Part shown: in pieces, positions 40,889 through 56,201 of the stretch
Position numbering within the stretch: the first letter of the stretch is position 1
Layout of the letters: every line of letters begins with the position of its first letter
Assembly: GCA_000165425.1 (NCBI GenBank)
Contig: CT868025.1
Location: 186,001-250,000, forward strand
From: Paramecium tetraurelia
Lineage: Eukaryota
DNA length: 64,000 bases
Direction of reading: 5' to 3'
Program-made: the position numbers and the translations under genes
Notes under the pieces: model-generated
What the model saw: the letters and a program-made list of their open reading frames with translations, nothing else
Databases searched by the model: none
What the model was told of the DNA's origin: nothing

Positions 40889-41406
40889 TATTTTATTAAT
40901 ATACGCAGAAAAACGGGTAATTCAATTAAATATCAATCCAAAAATATAAATAATCAGTATAAAATGAATAAAACCTCATGATTACCTAATTTACTAGACT
41001 ATCCTCACATAGTAAGCATAAGTTACTTAAATGAATTATGATACTACTATGTAATAGATGATTCTAAGTAGATAGCAGAATAAGTTGTATGAATTCAATG
41101 GAATAAATTGAATATCCACTAGTAACCCCTCAGGAACCATCAAAAAGAAGTTGATTAATGAAGTTAAAGGGAAGAGTTTGGCAGACTTGGATGAGATGAA
41201 ATGGCGTAGTTGCGAGGAACATAGAGAATCACAGGTTTTTTATGGTAGAAATTAGAATATAAATTAATTTATATATATTTATATTTATATTATATTTAGT
41301 TTATGTTATGAAAAAGGTAATTGGGCATTCAATAAGTTATTTAATATTTTATTCTTTTGGATAATTATAATTATGAATATTATAATATTAATTATAAAAT
41401 ATTAAA

Positions 41407-44046
41407 ATGAATTAAATTCAATAAGAGATCACTATGATTCCTACCAAAACATTTAAGAATGCACTATGGATTTCAAAATCTTTGAGTGTAAACAAACGAA
41501 AAAGTCCCAATTATCCATGTAAAAGATGGGGACATACGGCTGTGTTACACGACAAATATATGTATGTTTTCAGTGGTTGTGGGAAATCTGATAATCCCAG
41601 ATAGTGGGAACAAATATATAGAATGGATTGCGTTACATTTTAATGGGAAAGATTGAATTCGCCATCTTTGAAGCATCCTCCAGGGAGAGATTCTCATTGT
41701 TGTGTATGTTTGTAAAATAAGCTGTATTTTTTTGGGGGATCCAGCAATGAATTAATTCTTGGGGATTTTTGGAGCTTTGATATTGAAACTTCTGAATGGA
41801 CAGAAATTCAGGTACCAAAAGATATGGAGGGTAGAGAGGGACATTCGATGGTGGCTTTATCATCTAGATTGATATACATCTATGGCGGATGGGATCAAGT
41901 GTAAAATATAATGACAGAATCTCATTGGTTATATGATATAAAAACAAACAAGTTTCAATAAGTGACACATTTTACAGGGGACGAGATGATTAAATTAGAG
42001 AGTCACACGGCTAATAAAATAGGGGATAGTGTTTATATCTTTGGAGGGTAAGGTCAGTAGTCGAATAAACAACTAGTATTTCATAAAGATTTGTATAAAT
42101 TAGATTTTGAGAATATGAATGATTTGCATTCAAAATTTGACTAATTGGAGTCTGGAGATGATAAGGGTTAGAATATAGATAATAATACTGTTATCAAGAT
42201 TGAGAAAATCAAGGCAAATGGATCTCAATAGCCAACTCCAAGAGCTTCTCATTCTGCAGTTGCTTATGGAGAGAGATTCTTATTCATCATCGGAGGAGAA
42301 GGGTATGAATGAATAACAGTCAATTTTAGATATTAATACGACTAATAGAAGGACAACGAAGAGGAGGCTATTGAACAGGATTAAGATGATGATTAAAATA
42401 TTGATGAGGAGGAGAAGCCTATATTTCCGAAAAATGATATTTGGATATTTGAAACATTTATGAGAGTATGCAATTTAAGTAAATTTATAGACGTGGAGCA
42501 AATTATAGCCAAAATCTAAAACTCCAGTATTTCAACCGAGATTTTCACATAGTTGTATAGTGTATAAGGATTAGTTTATAATATTTGGAGGGTTGAGAAG
42601 TATGGGAGAAGTGTTGGAAGACATTATGGTATTGCATTTAAAGGATAGTGATAATAATGTACAGAAATACTCAAGGGATGAGATGAAAAACGTTTGTAAG
42701 TATTGCCAATTGATCTATGGTATTCAGTAGGAAGAGGAAATATCATATCATAAAGCAACAGAGAGTAGTGCAGTAAAACTACCTAAGTTATCTTTGACAT
42801 TCGTAGATGAGTAATAATATATTTAATAGTTTACTAGAGTTTCTAAGTTGATTCAGTGTCCTATGTCTTGTTTTGGTCTCTTTTTGGACAACGTAAAATT
42901 ATCAGAAGCTGCTGAAGTCAATTTTGAATATGTGTTCTTATAAAGAAGGAAGAAATATTCAAATACTATTGATGAAATAAGGGATAAGATACCAGTGTTG
43001 ATAATATTTGAGAAAGACCCTAAAGAATTGGATGATTTAAACGATTTCCTATTTAATTTTGACATTTCCAAAAGGAAGAATAAAGTGATCAATTAGGACT
43101 TGGACTTGAAAAATGAAAGTGAACAAAACTAAGTTCTGGAAGAGTAATAACTACTCAATAAGAAGTAATACGCCTTAAATTTTAAAATTGCATCATTGCG
43201 ACTAGGAGATAGTGTGCTCATCTGTCATAAGTCTTAGAACAATTATTATGTTGGGTTGATATCGATGAATAATCAATTGAATCCTAATGATGAAACCTTG
43301 ACCTTCTATAATTACACGATGACTATTGCTAATGGTACTGAGAGGAAGATTGACTCAACTGAGAGCAAATATGTGTTATTAAATGCAATTACTCATTTAA
43401 TTAGTGAGGAGGACTTCATATTGAATTGCAATTTTAATTATACCAAAATCTTCATCTTCGATTTGACTAGGATACATGCTTTATAAAAGATATTTGAACT
43501 TAGTCTATTTAATGACGATATAATCTCGAATCAATCATTGGCATTTGAATTGAAGAAGGACGATGCAAGTAAATTTCCAGATTTCTCTTTGAAGGAGTAT
43601 CTCAAATACTATTCATTGGAACACTTACCATTTAGAGTGACTGTGCAGAATCAATTGATCAATATGAATGTTAATGTGATAAGTCGAATAGAGAATAAGC
43701 ACAAGGTTACTGTGACCAACGAAAAAGTAGTAGCGAAATTAAATGAATGGGCGGAGTCTTATCAATTAGGTAGACTGACCTAAAATAACTTTGGAGTCCT
43801 TCTTTATTATTAAGGGAGACTGATCAATAGGCATAGAAAGTAATTGGGGATCTATCCAGGTGTTCTTGAGCAAAGTGGGTATGTGAACATTTCAAAGATT
43901 GTTAAACCCAATATGACATTTGAAGTAAGTAGTGCAATTTATGTTAGGGATTCAAGAATTCATACTTGGCGTCTATCTTACTATAAACTCTGGAAGCATT
44001 GGAGGAAGAATGCGAGCCAGAGAGAAGAAAGGAAATTAAAATTTGA
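41407..44046 (+). CDS. Kelch-repeat beta-propeller fused to a degenerate MORC-type GHKL + S5 module
   Basis: Kelch blades RWGHTA..YVFSG, RDSHC..YFFGG, REGHSM..YIYGG, LESHTA..YIFGG, RASHSA..FIIGG, RFSHSC..IIFGG. C-terminal half carries MORC-like motifs (CPMSCFGLFLDN, YALNFKIASLRLGDSVLI, VGLIS, TKIFIFDL, DFSLKEYL, GVLLYYQGRLI). Confidence 0.8.
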
Positions 44047-44296
44047 TGTTATTGTCTATATATCACAATATAATATTATTAATTATGCCATCATGAACGA
44101 ACGTTATTGAGTAAGTAGGTATGCATTTTGATATAGCAAATCCATCGATTAATGAAATTAAAGTGTCAAGTAAAAGTATTAAAATTTGATATTATATGGA
44201 AATTAGCAAATTTTCAATAGTTTTATCCAATTAAATTGCGCAATACTAAGATCTGATTATTTTAGAAATATCAAGGCAATTTAATTTTTGTTTGTT

Positions 44297-46086
<1,790 letters not shown>

Positions 46087-46222
46087 ATATTAACATAACT
46101 TTTAATGTTAATAGTGATTAATATTTATAATTATTAATTTTAGTGAGTTTGTTTCTAGAGAGAGGGTGTGTCTATGAGAATATCAAAAATAGTGAATTAA
46201 TTTATAAATTGAAACATTAACA

Positions 46223-47912
46223 TCATCCTTATGTTTTATCACTATTTTACAAGTGTTGATTAAATGATTATTAAGGATAGCAAGCAAGGTGATAATTGTA
46301 TCCTGGAAGATAATTAGGAACTTACTAATAATTATGAGTATTCAAATTTGGTGGAAAATTCAAGACTGACCTTGGATTGACACTTTAAGAGGCTCCTTAA
46401 TACTATGATTAATAATTATTGAATGGGAAAAATGGGAAGTAAGAACCTATACTAGGTTGATTCTCTGGTAAGGATATTTAATTTTATTATTATAAGGGAT
46501 CTTCAAGATTTTAATTTAACAGCATGTTGCTTAGTAGATTATTGTAACTAGGTAGACTAGTATTGCTTAATAGTCCATACAACCCTTAGTTCACTGCAGC
46601 ATCTTTATTCAAATTAGCTAATTGCATTTTTTTGAAGAATTAATTAACTTGTTCTGAGTTGACAAAATAGATTTTATTTTTCTCCTTATTAACCAAGCAA
46701 GTTTAAAGTTAGAGAGACTCTTCTGATGAGATTTAAGTGAAATCCATAATTTATAGTGGCAAGGTATTTTACTATTATTTATTATTTGCATTATCTTATG
46801 GTTTGTTATTGTCGACATTCTCATCACTTTAGCTGTGATTGTCCTTATTTTGAATAAGGATTTCATCATTATTTTTTAATGGTTCTTCTAATTGTTGTGA
46901 CTGCTTTATATGTTTCGGTTAACGAGTTGAAGTAATCTTCTTTGACTGTTAGTCGAAATCCTCTTATTTGACATCATAAGGATCGTCGCCGTCTTGTTTC
47001 ATTCTCCATTCTATTTTTTTGATTATTGCATTAATGCATCTTTGTTCTTCTAAACTCAATTCTTCAACGGAAGGCTCAGATAAAAAAGAATCTTATGCTT
47101 CATTATTGCTCTCTTAATTGGATTGCGTTTAAACTTTATTGTTTTTTTCTTTTCTCATGAGACAATTAAAGCGATTTTTTACATTATTTTCGCTTCTTTA
47201 CAGTTTTAGCTATTTTGAAATTTATGCCCATTTTTTTCCATTTTAAATGGCCAATTTCATAAGCTCCAAATCTTCAGATAATTACCATGGTTTTCTTAAT
47301 ATTAATTATAGAATTACCTATTAATAGTTGGATTTAAATGATTGTTCCATCTTTCCCTGCACTGTTTCCCATTTCGATGGACACTTGAATCCGTTCGTTT
47401 GTTGAGAGCCATGGCTATCTGACTCCATTTGTTGCCTTTATTTAATTTCTAATATTCTTGAATAATTAATAGAAGTGCATCATCTTCTTGTCTGGTCCAT
47501 GGAGCCTACTATAAAGGTAGTCTCAACATTTGCAGCCACTTCTATTTGCAGTGAAAGGGCTCTCTCCGCTGCATCATGGAAGATATGTTGATCCAATCAG
47601 ATTCACTCTATTAATTTCATATGATCATTTCAATACAATCTGTTTAAAATCTCGTTTGTGAAGGGCCAAGTACTTTCCAACCAACCAAATTAACACTTTT
47701 TTGTCGTCGTCAGTCCAGTTCTTCTTGAATTTGCTAGCACCTTACTGGATACTTGCTTGGTTGTTCTTTTGGATGTTCAGAATTTCATAGTTATTCGGAA
47801 ATTATTCTAAGCCAAGATTATACAGCTCTTTCATATACGTGAATCTCACATTGGTAATGTCTTTAACTTTATCGAAAAAATCTTTAAATTTAGTGAAGAA
47901 ATCATCCATCAT
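46223..47912 (-). CDS. Three-repeat Myb transcription factor
   Basis: KKNWTDDDK...; APWTRQEDD...KWSQIA...RNGKQCRERWNNHLNP; KPWQLSED...KKWAQIS...RSENNVKNRF. Confidence 0.92.
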
Positions 47913-48004
47913 TCAATTCTCAGAAATTATAAAATAATCCAATTAAAAACTACCCCATTATATTATATTGTCTGAGTATATTATTAATAATTGTTTATTT
48001 TTGT

Positions 48005-49728
48005 ATGAAATAAGGTTATTGGATTTAAGGCTGGAGTGATTTGGTTGCAAATTTGAAAGTCACCTAAAATTGCATGGACTTGATTGACGTCCAGGGAAAT
48101 GGCCAATATAATTTGGTGGTTGCAGATTAAAATTAAAGACTTGTGTCCTACAGGAATACCAACATCGCTTGGGAAACCAGACTGACAGACAAACCAGTCT
48201 GCATGACGTATTTCTACGGCGATACATCGGGCCAACCTTGCATCAGCATATGCCACGGAAACACCATATACAACTATAAGATTTTCAAAGCCTTTTATAA
48301 ATGTCAAATTCCAAATATTCAATTGAAACAAGAGGAAGCAGACATCTGGAAATAGTATTCGACCGATAAGAATCTCCAAAACCTCATAAGGGATTTGAAG
48401 AATTTGCAATAATAACATTCCAATTTATCGTATAAGTCTTTGGAATTGTTGTGCTTTTAGGATTTGCAAAAACAATAGGAATTAGCAGAAAAATATTAGG
48501 ATAGTCCTTACATCGAAGATTCAGTCACTTGTGTGAGTGTACTTAAAAAAAATGTAGATGAAGATAAATCCCAAGGGTAATTAATTGTAGGAACAGAATT
48601 GAAATTCATATACATATATAATTAAGAAATCACTTAAATTTATAAAAAAGTAAATAAATACTGCAATTATTTAGTATGAAATACCTGGAGTTCCGATTTC
48701 AATTTGCATATTTTCAGAAGAACAAAAAGACGGCCGAATTGCAGTATTAGTCAGAGAGAATTGTGTGTATTTCATTGGCAATGACATTGAACCCTACACC
48801 ATCGATTTGCAATCCAAACCAATAACCATGATAAGATAACAACGATGTCTGTACATAGCAACCATGGATAGGGTTGTCCAAAACTATTAACACAAATAAA
48901 AATAATATTAGTTATAGATGTAACATAATATCTTGGGCATTGAAACTGTGACCACAGGCAAAGGATAAGAAACCAAAGGGTTGCTTATTGCATTAGAAAA
49001 TAAGACTATTCAATTCTATAAGGATACTCTATTGATGTCTATTATTAATCTGGAAGTATAAAATTGATGTAATAGTTTAGAGCAATGTTTCAGTCATGAG
49101 ATTTGGATTCTTCGGAGTCAGCCAAGATGGTTTTCTAATTACCATTAATATCAAAGGAGCATTAGAAACTAGAACTCTATCCAGAGAATTCGAAAGGAAG
49201 AAACAAGCCATACTAGAAAAGGAAATTATTAAACCCATCGAATTTCCACCTATCACCAATTTATTCATTGAACAGTTTCAAAGAGAGAGAGAATAGGGCT
49301 CAGAAATGTTAAGGACATATTAATATGATTTATTGAGAATGAGATTTAAGACTGCCTAAACATACTTGAACATATTGTCTAATAAGGAATAGGCTCCTCA
49401 ATTAAATTAGAACAATCCTTTGAGACTTTCAGCTATTGCAGAAGGATTAGGACCTAAATTTAAATTATGTTGTGTTGTAGAAAATATAAGCAATCAACCA
49501 ATTAAGGATATCTATATTAATTATGTATACAATTCGGATATTTACTAACCATTTTAATTAATAAATCAATTGCCATTTTTAATACCAAAATATTAAAAAA
49601 ACTTTGAGTGTTATTTTACTAACATTCATTAGAATGGTATCAGTGATACGATTAAAATCATCTTGTATAGAGAATCAAAATAACTAATCTAAACTTCAAT
49701 CTAGATGCCAATGAGTGAATTAGAATGA
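48005..49728 (+). CDS. BBS1: Bardet-Biedl syndrome 1 protein (BBSome subunit)
   Basis: WSDLVANLKVTQNCMDLIDVQGNGQYNLVVAD; YKIFKAFYKCQIP; LKKNVDEDKSQGQLIVGTE; LFIEQFQRERE; FQYDLLRMRFKTAQTY; EGLGPKFKL; ends MPMSELE*. Confidence 0.9.
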
Positions 49729-50017
49729 ATCAACCACAACTAGTATATGAATAATAACCAATTTTATATCTAAATATTTTAAATAAAATAATTATTATTA
49801 TTAAGTTTCAATTAATATTTATTAAATAATTATTATTTAAATGGTTTCTTATACGACTATATAAATAAAATATATAAACCAATAAAACCTGATTTTTGTA
49901 TATTTAGATAATTTATATAGTTAAATATCTATGATATGATATTATATAACTTATGAAGTTTTTTTATAACATATCGAATTTAAATTATATTTATGCATAA
50001 TTAATTATAATTATTAT

Positions 50018-53000
50018 TCATCTTCTCTTCTTATTTCCTCCCTTTCTGGTTGGAATTTCTGAGTCACTCGATTATTTTCTCTTTTTTTTGACTCCCTCAT
50101 CTGAGTCTGATTCACCTATAATATAATAGATATAATATGTTACCTTGATAATTTTCTTCCGCTTGAACTTGTTCTTTTTATTTTTATCCCTAAATAATAA
50201 TTCCTTGTTTCTTTAGTTCTTTAACTAAATTATTGGCATCTTCTCTTTGTAATTCAAAGTCCTTCATGATGGCATCTCTAAGAACTTATCCTTCATCTTA
50301 GGCTTGTAATCCTACCTCTTCTTGTAACACCTTCAAGAAGTTGTTCTCATTTTTAACATCGGCATTAGCCTTTTCTAATCTTTCTATGCATTATTCTAAA
50401 CTAATGATTAGACTTTGATAAAATGATAGTTTTGGTTTCAATTTATTATTGTCGTCATCCTTGATGTCATACATCTCCAAAAAGTCTGCTTGTTTTGTGA
50501 CTTAAGTGATGACCTTTTACAGAATAATATTGTTGTGATCACTGACTAATTTACAAAGGTACATTATAAATCTTTCCTATGGTCCTATGAAATCAGATTC
50601 TAAGGATCTGGATTCTAAAATATCTTTGAATTCAGACAAAGATGGATTGGATTTCTACCCAGTTATTTTATAGCTCATCATTTTAATTCCCGCACTTGCT
50701 GCTTATATTAATGAGTTTTCTTGCCATTGTTGTGTATCAAATAGATCAGGATTAAGAATTTAATCCTTTACATAATGCAAATAACAACAAATGCTAAAGT
50801 ATAATTCCAATCCCTTTTCAAAAATCCTTAAGAATTGTAAGGATGATGTTATGTAAAGCTTAAGAAAACTGGTCACAATTTACAAAGGCAACTATTGAGA
50901 ACGCAATCTAACATCGAACCACAAAAACAAAAATTAAGCTATCCAAACTTAGGGCTTCAAAATTTTATCATGAATTAATAATTTGCATAGTCCTTCCAAT
51001 GCAATAGCCTAGATCACTCCTTCAGATTTGAATGCAAATTTCATTATAATCTATAGAATCTTCTATTTTCCATATGTTTCTGAATCAATAACCCATGCCT
51101 AATCGTCATCATACATCAATAATGCATCCAAAATGCTTCTTAGAGCTGTAATGGTCATAGGATTGTCATTATTTTTCTAGGTTGGGATGGATTAATCCAA
51201 AATTCTGGCCAAAGTGGCAATGGTAGATCCTCCAACATCAATTCCAAATAATGGGATATATCCCAAACATCTGAAACTCAATTTCTTAGCCAAACAATCA
51301 TCTCCACTCTTATATTTCTCGCTAATTGTAGTGATGATTGTCTTTAATCTGATAAAAATCCTATCTTCTATTTTGGCTATATCAAATTAGTTAAACAAGG
51401 CATCCAATAAATATAGACAATGAATATCAATATTTTTGTTGTGTTATTTCATCTTATCCAATTCATTGAGTGTTTGCTATATGGCCTTTTAATTTTATTC
51501 TAGCAATTGCTCATTTAATTATAATGATTGCACATTTTGTTTCTTCTTTTTAACTAAAGCTTCCTTTTCTTATTCTAAATTTTCTCTTTCTTCTTTTCTG
51601 ACCTACAATGATTATTCTAATTATTAGATATTTTCAACTATAATCTATTTCTATAGATCTTGGATAACTTTAAATACCTACTCTGCCATTTAATCTTACG
51701 ATGATACTAGGAGTTTAATTACTTTGATTGATGGAATCATTAATTCGTAATAACTTTTTATAATAGGCATTTCAAAATGATGTTATGCAAACCATCTACT
51801 CTCTAGTTCTTAATCACTTCTATCTTCATAGATCTCATTAAACTTTTGGTTATGCAATCTTTGACAGTCTAGTTTTTTGTATTTGCTGATGAACTCAACC
51901 ATTCGATCTAATAGTCTTGTTCTTCCTATCTCTTCTTAATTGATAAGCAATTATGCTAGTTACAATAATTCATAATATTGCAATAAATCCAAATCTTAAT
52001 TAAAAATTTCAGCAAATTATGTGCCTTCTGGGAAATTGTGATCGACTATCAAATTCATTTATTATTGTAATTAGGCTTTTTACTCTTAGTTTTGAGACAT
52101 CTGACACAACACTTTAATAAATGACATTTCTGGTCCACTTGTTTAATTGCTTAAATTCCTTAATGCATCTCTGAAATAAGTTGATAATTCATCCTAATGA
52201 ACAGATTTCAATATTGCTTTCAATCCATCCAATATTGTGGAATATAATTAAGGGAATATTAAAGTTTTATCAATTTAAAATAAATTTAAAAATCTCTTCA
52301 CTGCTTCATGAATGTGATTCACTTACTCAACATTCATTGATTTTCTAGCTGATTTCTATCTTGAATCCTCCTACATTATTTAATCATCTTAGATTATTTT
52401 ACCAAAAGATTACTGTAAAAATAATTCGCATTACTCCACCACCTTCTAACTACTGTTTTTTAAACCATCATAGATCACTTAATATAAATCTAATGTTGTT
52501 AATTGAGATATGGAGAAATGATTTTTCATAAGCTTTTTGAAAACCTAAAGTCTCACATCCACGTCAGTATCTCTGATTCTAATTATTATAAATGGAAGAG
52601 TTGAATCATTTAATTCTGTGTTGGTTAATGCATCCAGTCTCAACTCCTTTTTGTCGTCCTCGCAAATAGTTCGAACCATTTCATATTTCAATGCCACTAT
52701 TGCTTATTTTAATTTATTTTATTTTCTCTCCTCAAATGCGATGTGTTATAAATAGGAACCCAATTTCACAGCCAAACCCTTCTAAGTTTTCCCTGTCTTT
52801 TATAATTTTGTATTTTTGAATAAACCTACTGTGTGATTGAGCATGTCATATGCAGTTTTCTCATCCACCAACTAATTCAATAACTAAGGGGGAATACATC
52901 TTAAGATCATAAACAGATGTCTCCCACAACATATTCTTGTAGCAAAATTTTATGAGTCCAAACCCTCTGCGAACAATTGCATTAAATAGAGAAGGAAGCT

Positions 53001-53338
53001 ATTATACATTTAATTGAATAAACCTTCTTGTGTTATCTGTGCTAATTTATTTTCGAGTCTTTTGGGCGGGAAGTGTGGATTCATTCCATTTTTTTATCAT
53101 AAATGTTACAAATTTTTCAGTAACATTTTCAAATAACTTTCTATGCTGCTTCGATGTCCCATTAAAGTTCTTGATTATTTTTAAATAACTACATTCTAGT
53201 TATTTTGTGAACTATCTAAAATTTTATTAATTCTAATTACTATGTGTCTCCCAAAAAACTCACATGCAAATTGTGGATGTGTTGCTACGTAACATTGCCA
53301 CAGTCAGCAACATCATTCAGAATTGAATATACATCCAT
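50018..53338 (-). CDS. NCAPG: Condensin I HEAT-repeat subunit CAP-G (Cnd3/Ycg1)
   Basis: HEAT-like repeats with IRDTDVDVRLQVF, LVFRCLGYI, SIFDALLMYD, IALEGLCKLLI; acidic/basic tail. Confidence 0.8.
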
Positions 53339-54217
53339 TTATTTTAAATTTAATATATATTTTTTATTCATAAACCAAAATATCACTCATATACTATCAA
53401 TTAACTAATTATTATATAACATTTCTTAATTTTCATCTTTTCATTTTAAATAATTTTTAATTTATTTTGTATCTCCCCATCAACTCACTTCAATTTTAAT
53501 GAAACCACTTCCCATCCTCACAAATACCAAGCTTACTAGATAAGAAAAACATATTTTAGCAATCAGTTCTCTTTCAAATTATGTATAAATATCAGAATAC
53601 TATTCTATCTATCTATTTATCTATTTCAATCAGAAACTACTATACGTCTACCCTCTAGCATCATAAATTACCTTCTCTATATATCGCACTCTTGAGTTAA
53701 ATAGATTTAATTTAATACTTAAAAGAAAATTAAAAATCTGAATTCCATATTCAATAAAATATTTGAAATAACCTTAATTCTCACTTAAAAGTTAAGGAAC
53801 TATATACATAGTAAGAATTGATGGATAATTTTCATGATTTAAATATTTTTATTTTTAAAGATGGAACTAGTGGATTTTGTTGTTCAAGCTTTAATTAAAA
53901 GAATTCTCATAATTCCCTTTTTGTTGTATGTTGAAACTGAAAAATCTAATGATTAATAATAGATAAATATAATTTCTATTGATATCCCCTTTGAAGAGTT
54001 GAAAATTCTATTCCTTAATGAGGATTCCAACTTGGAATCTACAAGTGAACAAATTGCTTTGAAATCAGTGCAATTTTAGGAAATTAGAATTCAGTTTATT
54101 AATATTAGGAATTAATGTAAATTTTCATTTCATAATGAATCCCTAAAATTAGTGAATGTTTTGGTATTTAATTTTATAAAGTTTGTTCATATTATTTAAT
54201 AATTTACTTTAAAAACA

Positions 54218-55307
54218 ATGAGATATATGATTTTATTTGCTCTAATAATGCTGGTTGTATCAGAAGATATTAAATGCCCAGCTGATATGGATACGACTGT
54301 TTCATGCACAAAAGAATACTCACCAGTTTGTGGTTATTCTTCTGAAGATTATGTAAATATTTCTATAAACTTTAAGCAACAAGGAACCTTCGAGAATTCT
54401 TGTTTCGGCTGTAGGGCCAAGAATGTCGTCTACTACAAACCAGAACCTTGTTTAGTTTACAGTGCCCCTCCTCCTGGAACATCCACTTCCACAAATACTA
54501 ACAGTAATTCTTCAACTTCAAGTTCAACAAGTTCAATTCACAAATGTGATACACCCAAAATTGAGAATGCAATTTGTCCAGAACAGTATATCTTATGAAA
54601 TATAATTAGGTTCAAACAGACCTGTGGGTTGTTCAACAGCAAAATCTAATGTATCAAGGCTCCTTGTGGACAAGTATTTACTAACGAGTGTTTTGCTTGT
54701 GCCAATGAAAATGTTGATACATATTTTTTCGGAAATTGTGATGAATTACCAAAAGAGTATCTATAAATTATATCTAAATTTTAGAGACACCAACCAAACT
54801 CCCGAAACTGATTACATCAAGTGTTCAGATCCTAGACCAGAAATGTGTGACATGCTCTATACAGACACTTGTGCATTCACTGAATTCCCATGTTATTCCG
54901 ACTCTTGCATGAAACTCACTGGAAGTGGTTGCTAGGCCTGCTCAGATAAGACTGTTGTTGGTTTTATGAAATAGGCATGTTCAAAATATTCGTATTTATT
55001 ATATTTAAGCTCTAGATAAATATTTGAATCCACCGCTGTGGATGGTCAAAAAGACGGAACTGATGATTTAGCCGATCAAGAAGTTTAATACTAATGCAGT
55101 TTGAACAGACCTACCAGTTGTGATGACAATGTCAACGAAGTTTGTGCATCCTAGAAATGCAATGACACCATTTGCAAAAAGGAATATTCAAATGAATGCT
55201 AAGCTTGCTTAGATTCTGACACAACATCTTATAGTAAAGGAAAATGCGATGCAGCCTCATCAGGAGTCCTCCTAGGTGTTGCCTTCATCATCCACCTTTT
55301 TATATGA
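54218..55307 (+). CDS. Secreted, probably GPI-anchored protein with four Kazal-like Cys-rich domains
   Basis: Signal MRYMILFALIMLVVS; CTKEYSPVCG...NSCFGC plus three related repeats with CxAC; Ser/Thr linker; hydrophobic C-terminus ASSGVLLGVAFIIHLFI*. Confidence 0.85.
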
Positions 55308-55481
55308 TGTTTTGAATGTTCATTAACAATATAAATAAATTTAATTTTCTATTGTTGTTGTAGTCATCCGAAGTTGATAATTGTTCCATTTCAGAATTGT
55401 AGCGTTAATTCTGAGGTTTTAATAGAATTGGTTATAATTATTAAATAAATTTAACGAGCACATTTTATTATATTTATTTTA

Positions 55482-55697
55482 ATGTAATAAACTGTCTCAC
55501 TTATTGCTGGAATGACTAAAGTCTTTAATTCTGCTAATATTACACAACAGTATTCAGATGTCTCTAAATCTGAGAAAGAGAACTCTAAAGGTGCTAAACA
55601 AAATAAGAATCACATCTAAGAATTAACAAACCAAAATAGTTTTAAAGAAAATGACAAGGAAAATGTTCTAATTCAGAACCAAATTTCAAGGAAATGA
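55482..55697 (+). CDS. Small 71-aa protein with three KEN motifs
   Basis: Intronless ATG-to-TGA code-6 ORF: MQQTVSLIAGMTKVFNSANITQQYSDVSKSEKENSKGAKQNKNHIQELTNQNSFKENDKENVLIQNQISRK. Confidence 0.6.
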
Positions 55698-56201
55698 AAT
55701 TGAGATTCCATTATATATACTATTATTATGTTATAAACAGTTAAAAATATTTTAACGGAATTACCCATTTTTATTTTTGCGGATTAACTTAATCCAATAT
55801 ATTTGTTTTTGTGACTCATAAAGCCTTAATATAGAGTGAAGTTTCTTAGTTGGAAGAGCTATATAAGCATGTATGAAATCATAGAATAATTTAATAATCT
55901 ATTAGATATTGTAATACAATAGATAATTTTTTATCTTAATGTAGAATTATATTTATAAATTTTAATTTAACTTAGTATTAATATATTGATAAATAAGAAT
56001 AACTTAATACTAATTGATTCATTCTTTTAACAATATGAATTACTTCAGTTAGATATCTTCTAAATTCTAATCATCTGAATTAATTATTTGAGCTGTTTGT
56101 TTTGCAAATTTGTTTAATAAAGCTAATTCCGAAAATTTGTTTAAATGATTACTTATGTAAAATTAATCAAATATATAAATTTTTTTTTACAAAAGAATTA
56201 T

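Noticed and set aside
41110..41140. Telomerase RNA template or U3 snoRNA (TAACCCC; CTGAGGGGT)
   Set aside because: There is no full CAACCCCAA template with upstream UGUCA, and no U3 box A/B/C' motifs.
47984..48418. 144-aa minus-strand ORF from the track
   Set aside because: It is antisense to BBS1 and has no independent motif. The same applies to track ORFs at 1448, 8972, 23998, 27071, 28972, 41633, 42853 and 58687.
55320..55463. 47-codon minus-strand ATG-TGA ORF
   Set aside because: It is short, has no motif, and its ATG is only 18 bp from the divergent ORF. Such ORFs are expected by chance with one stop codon.
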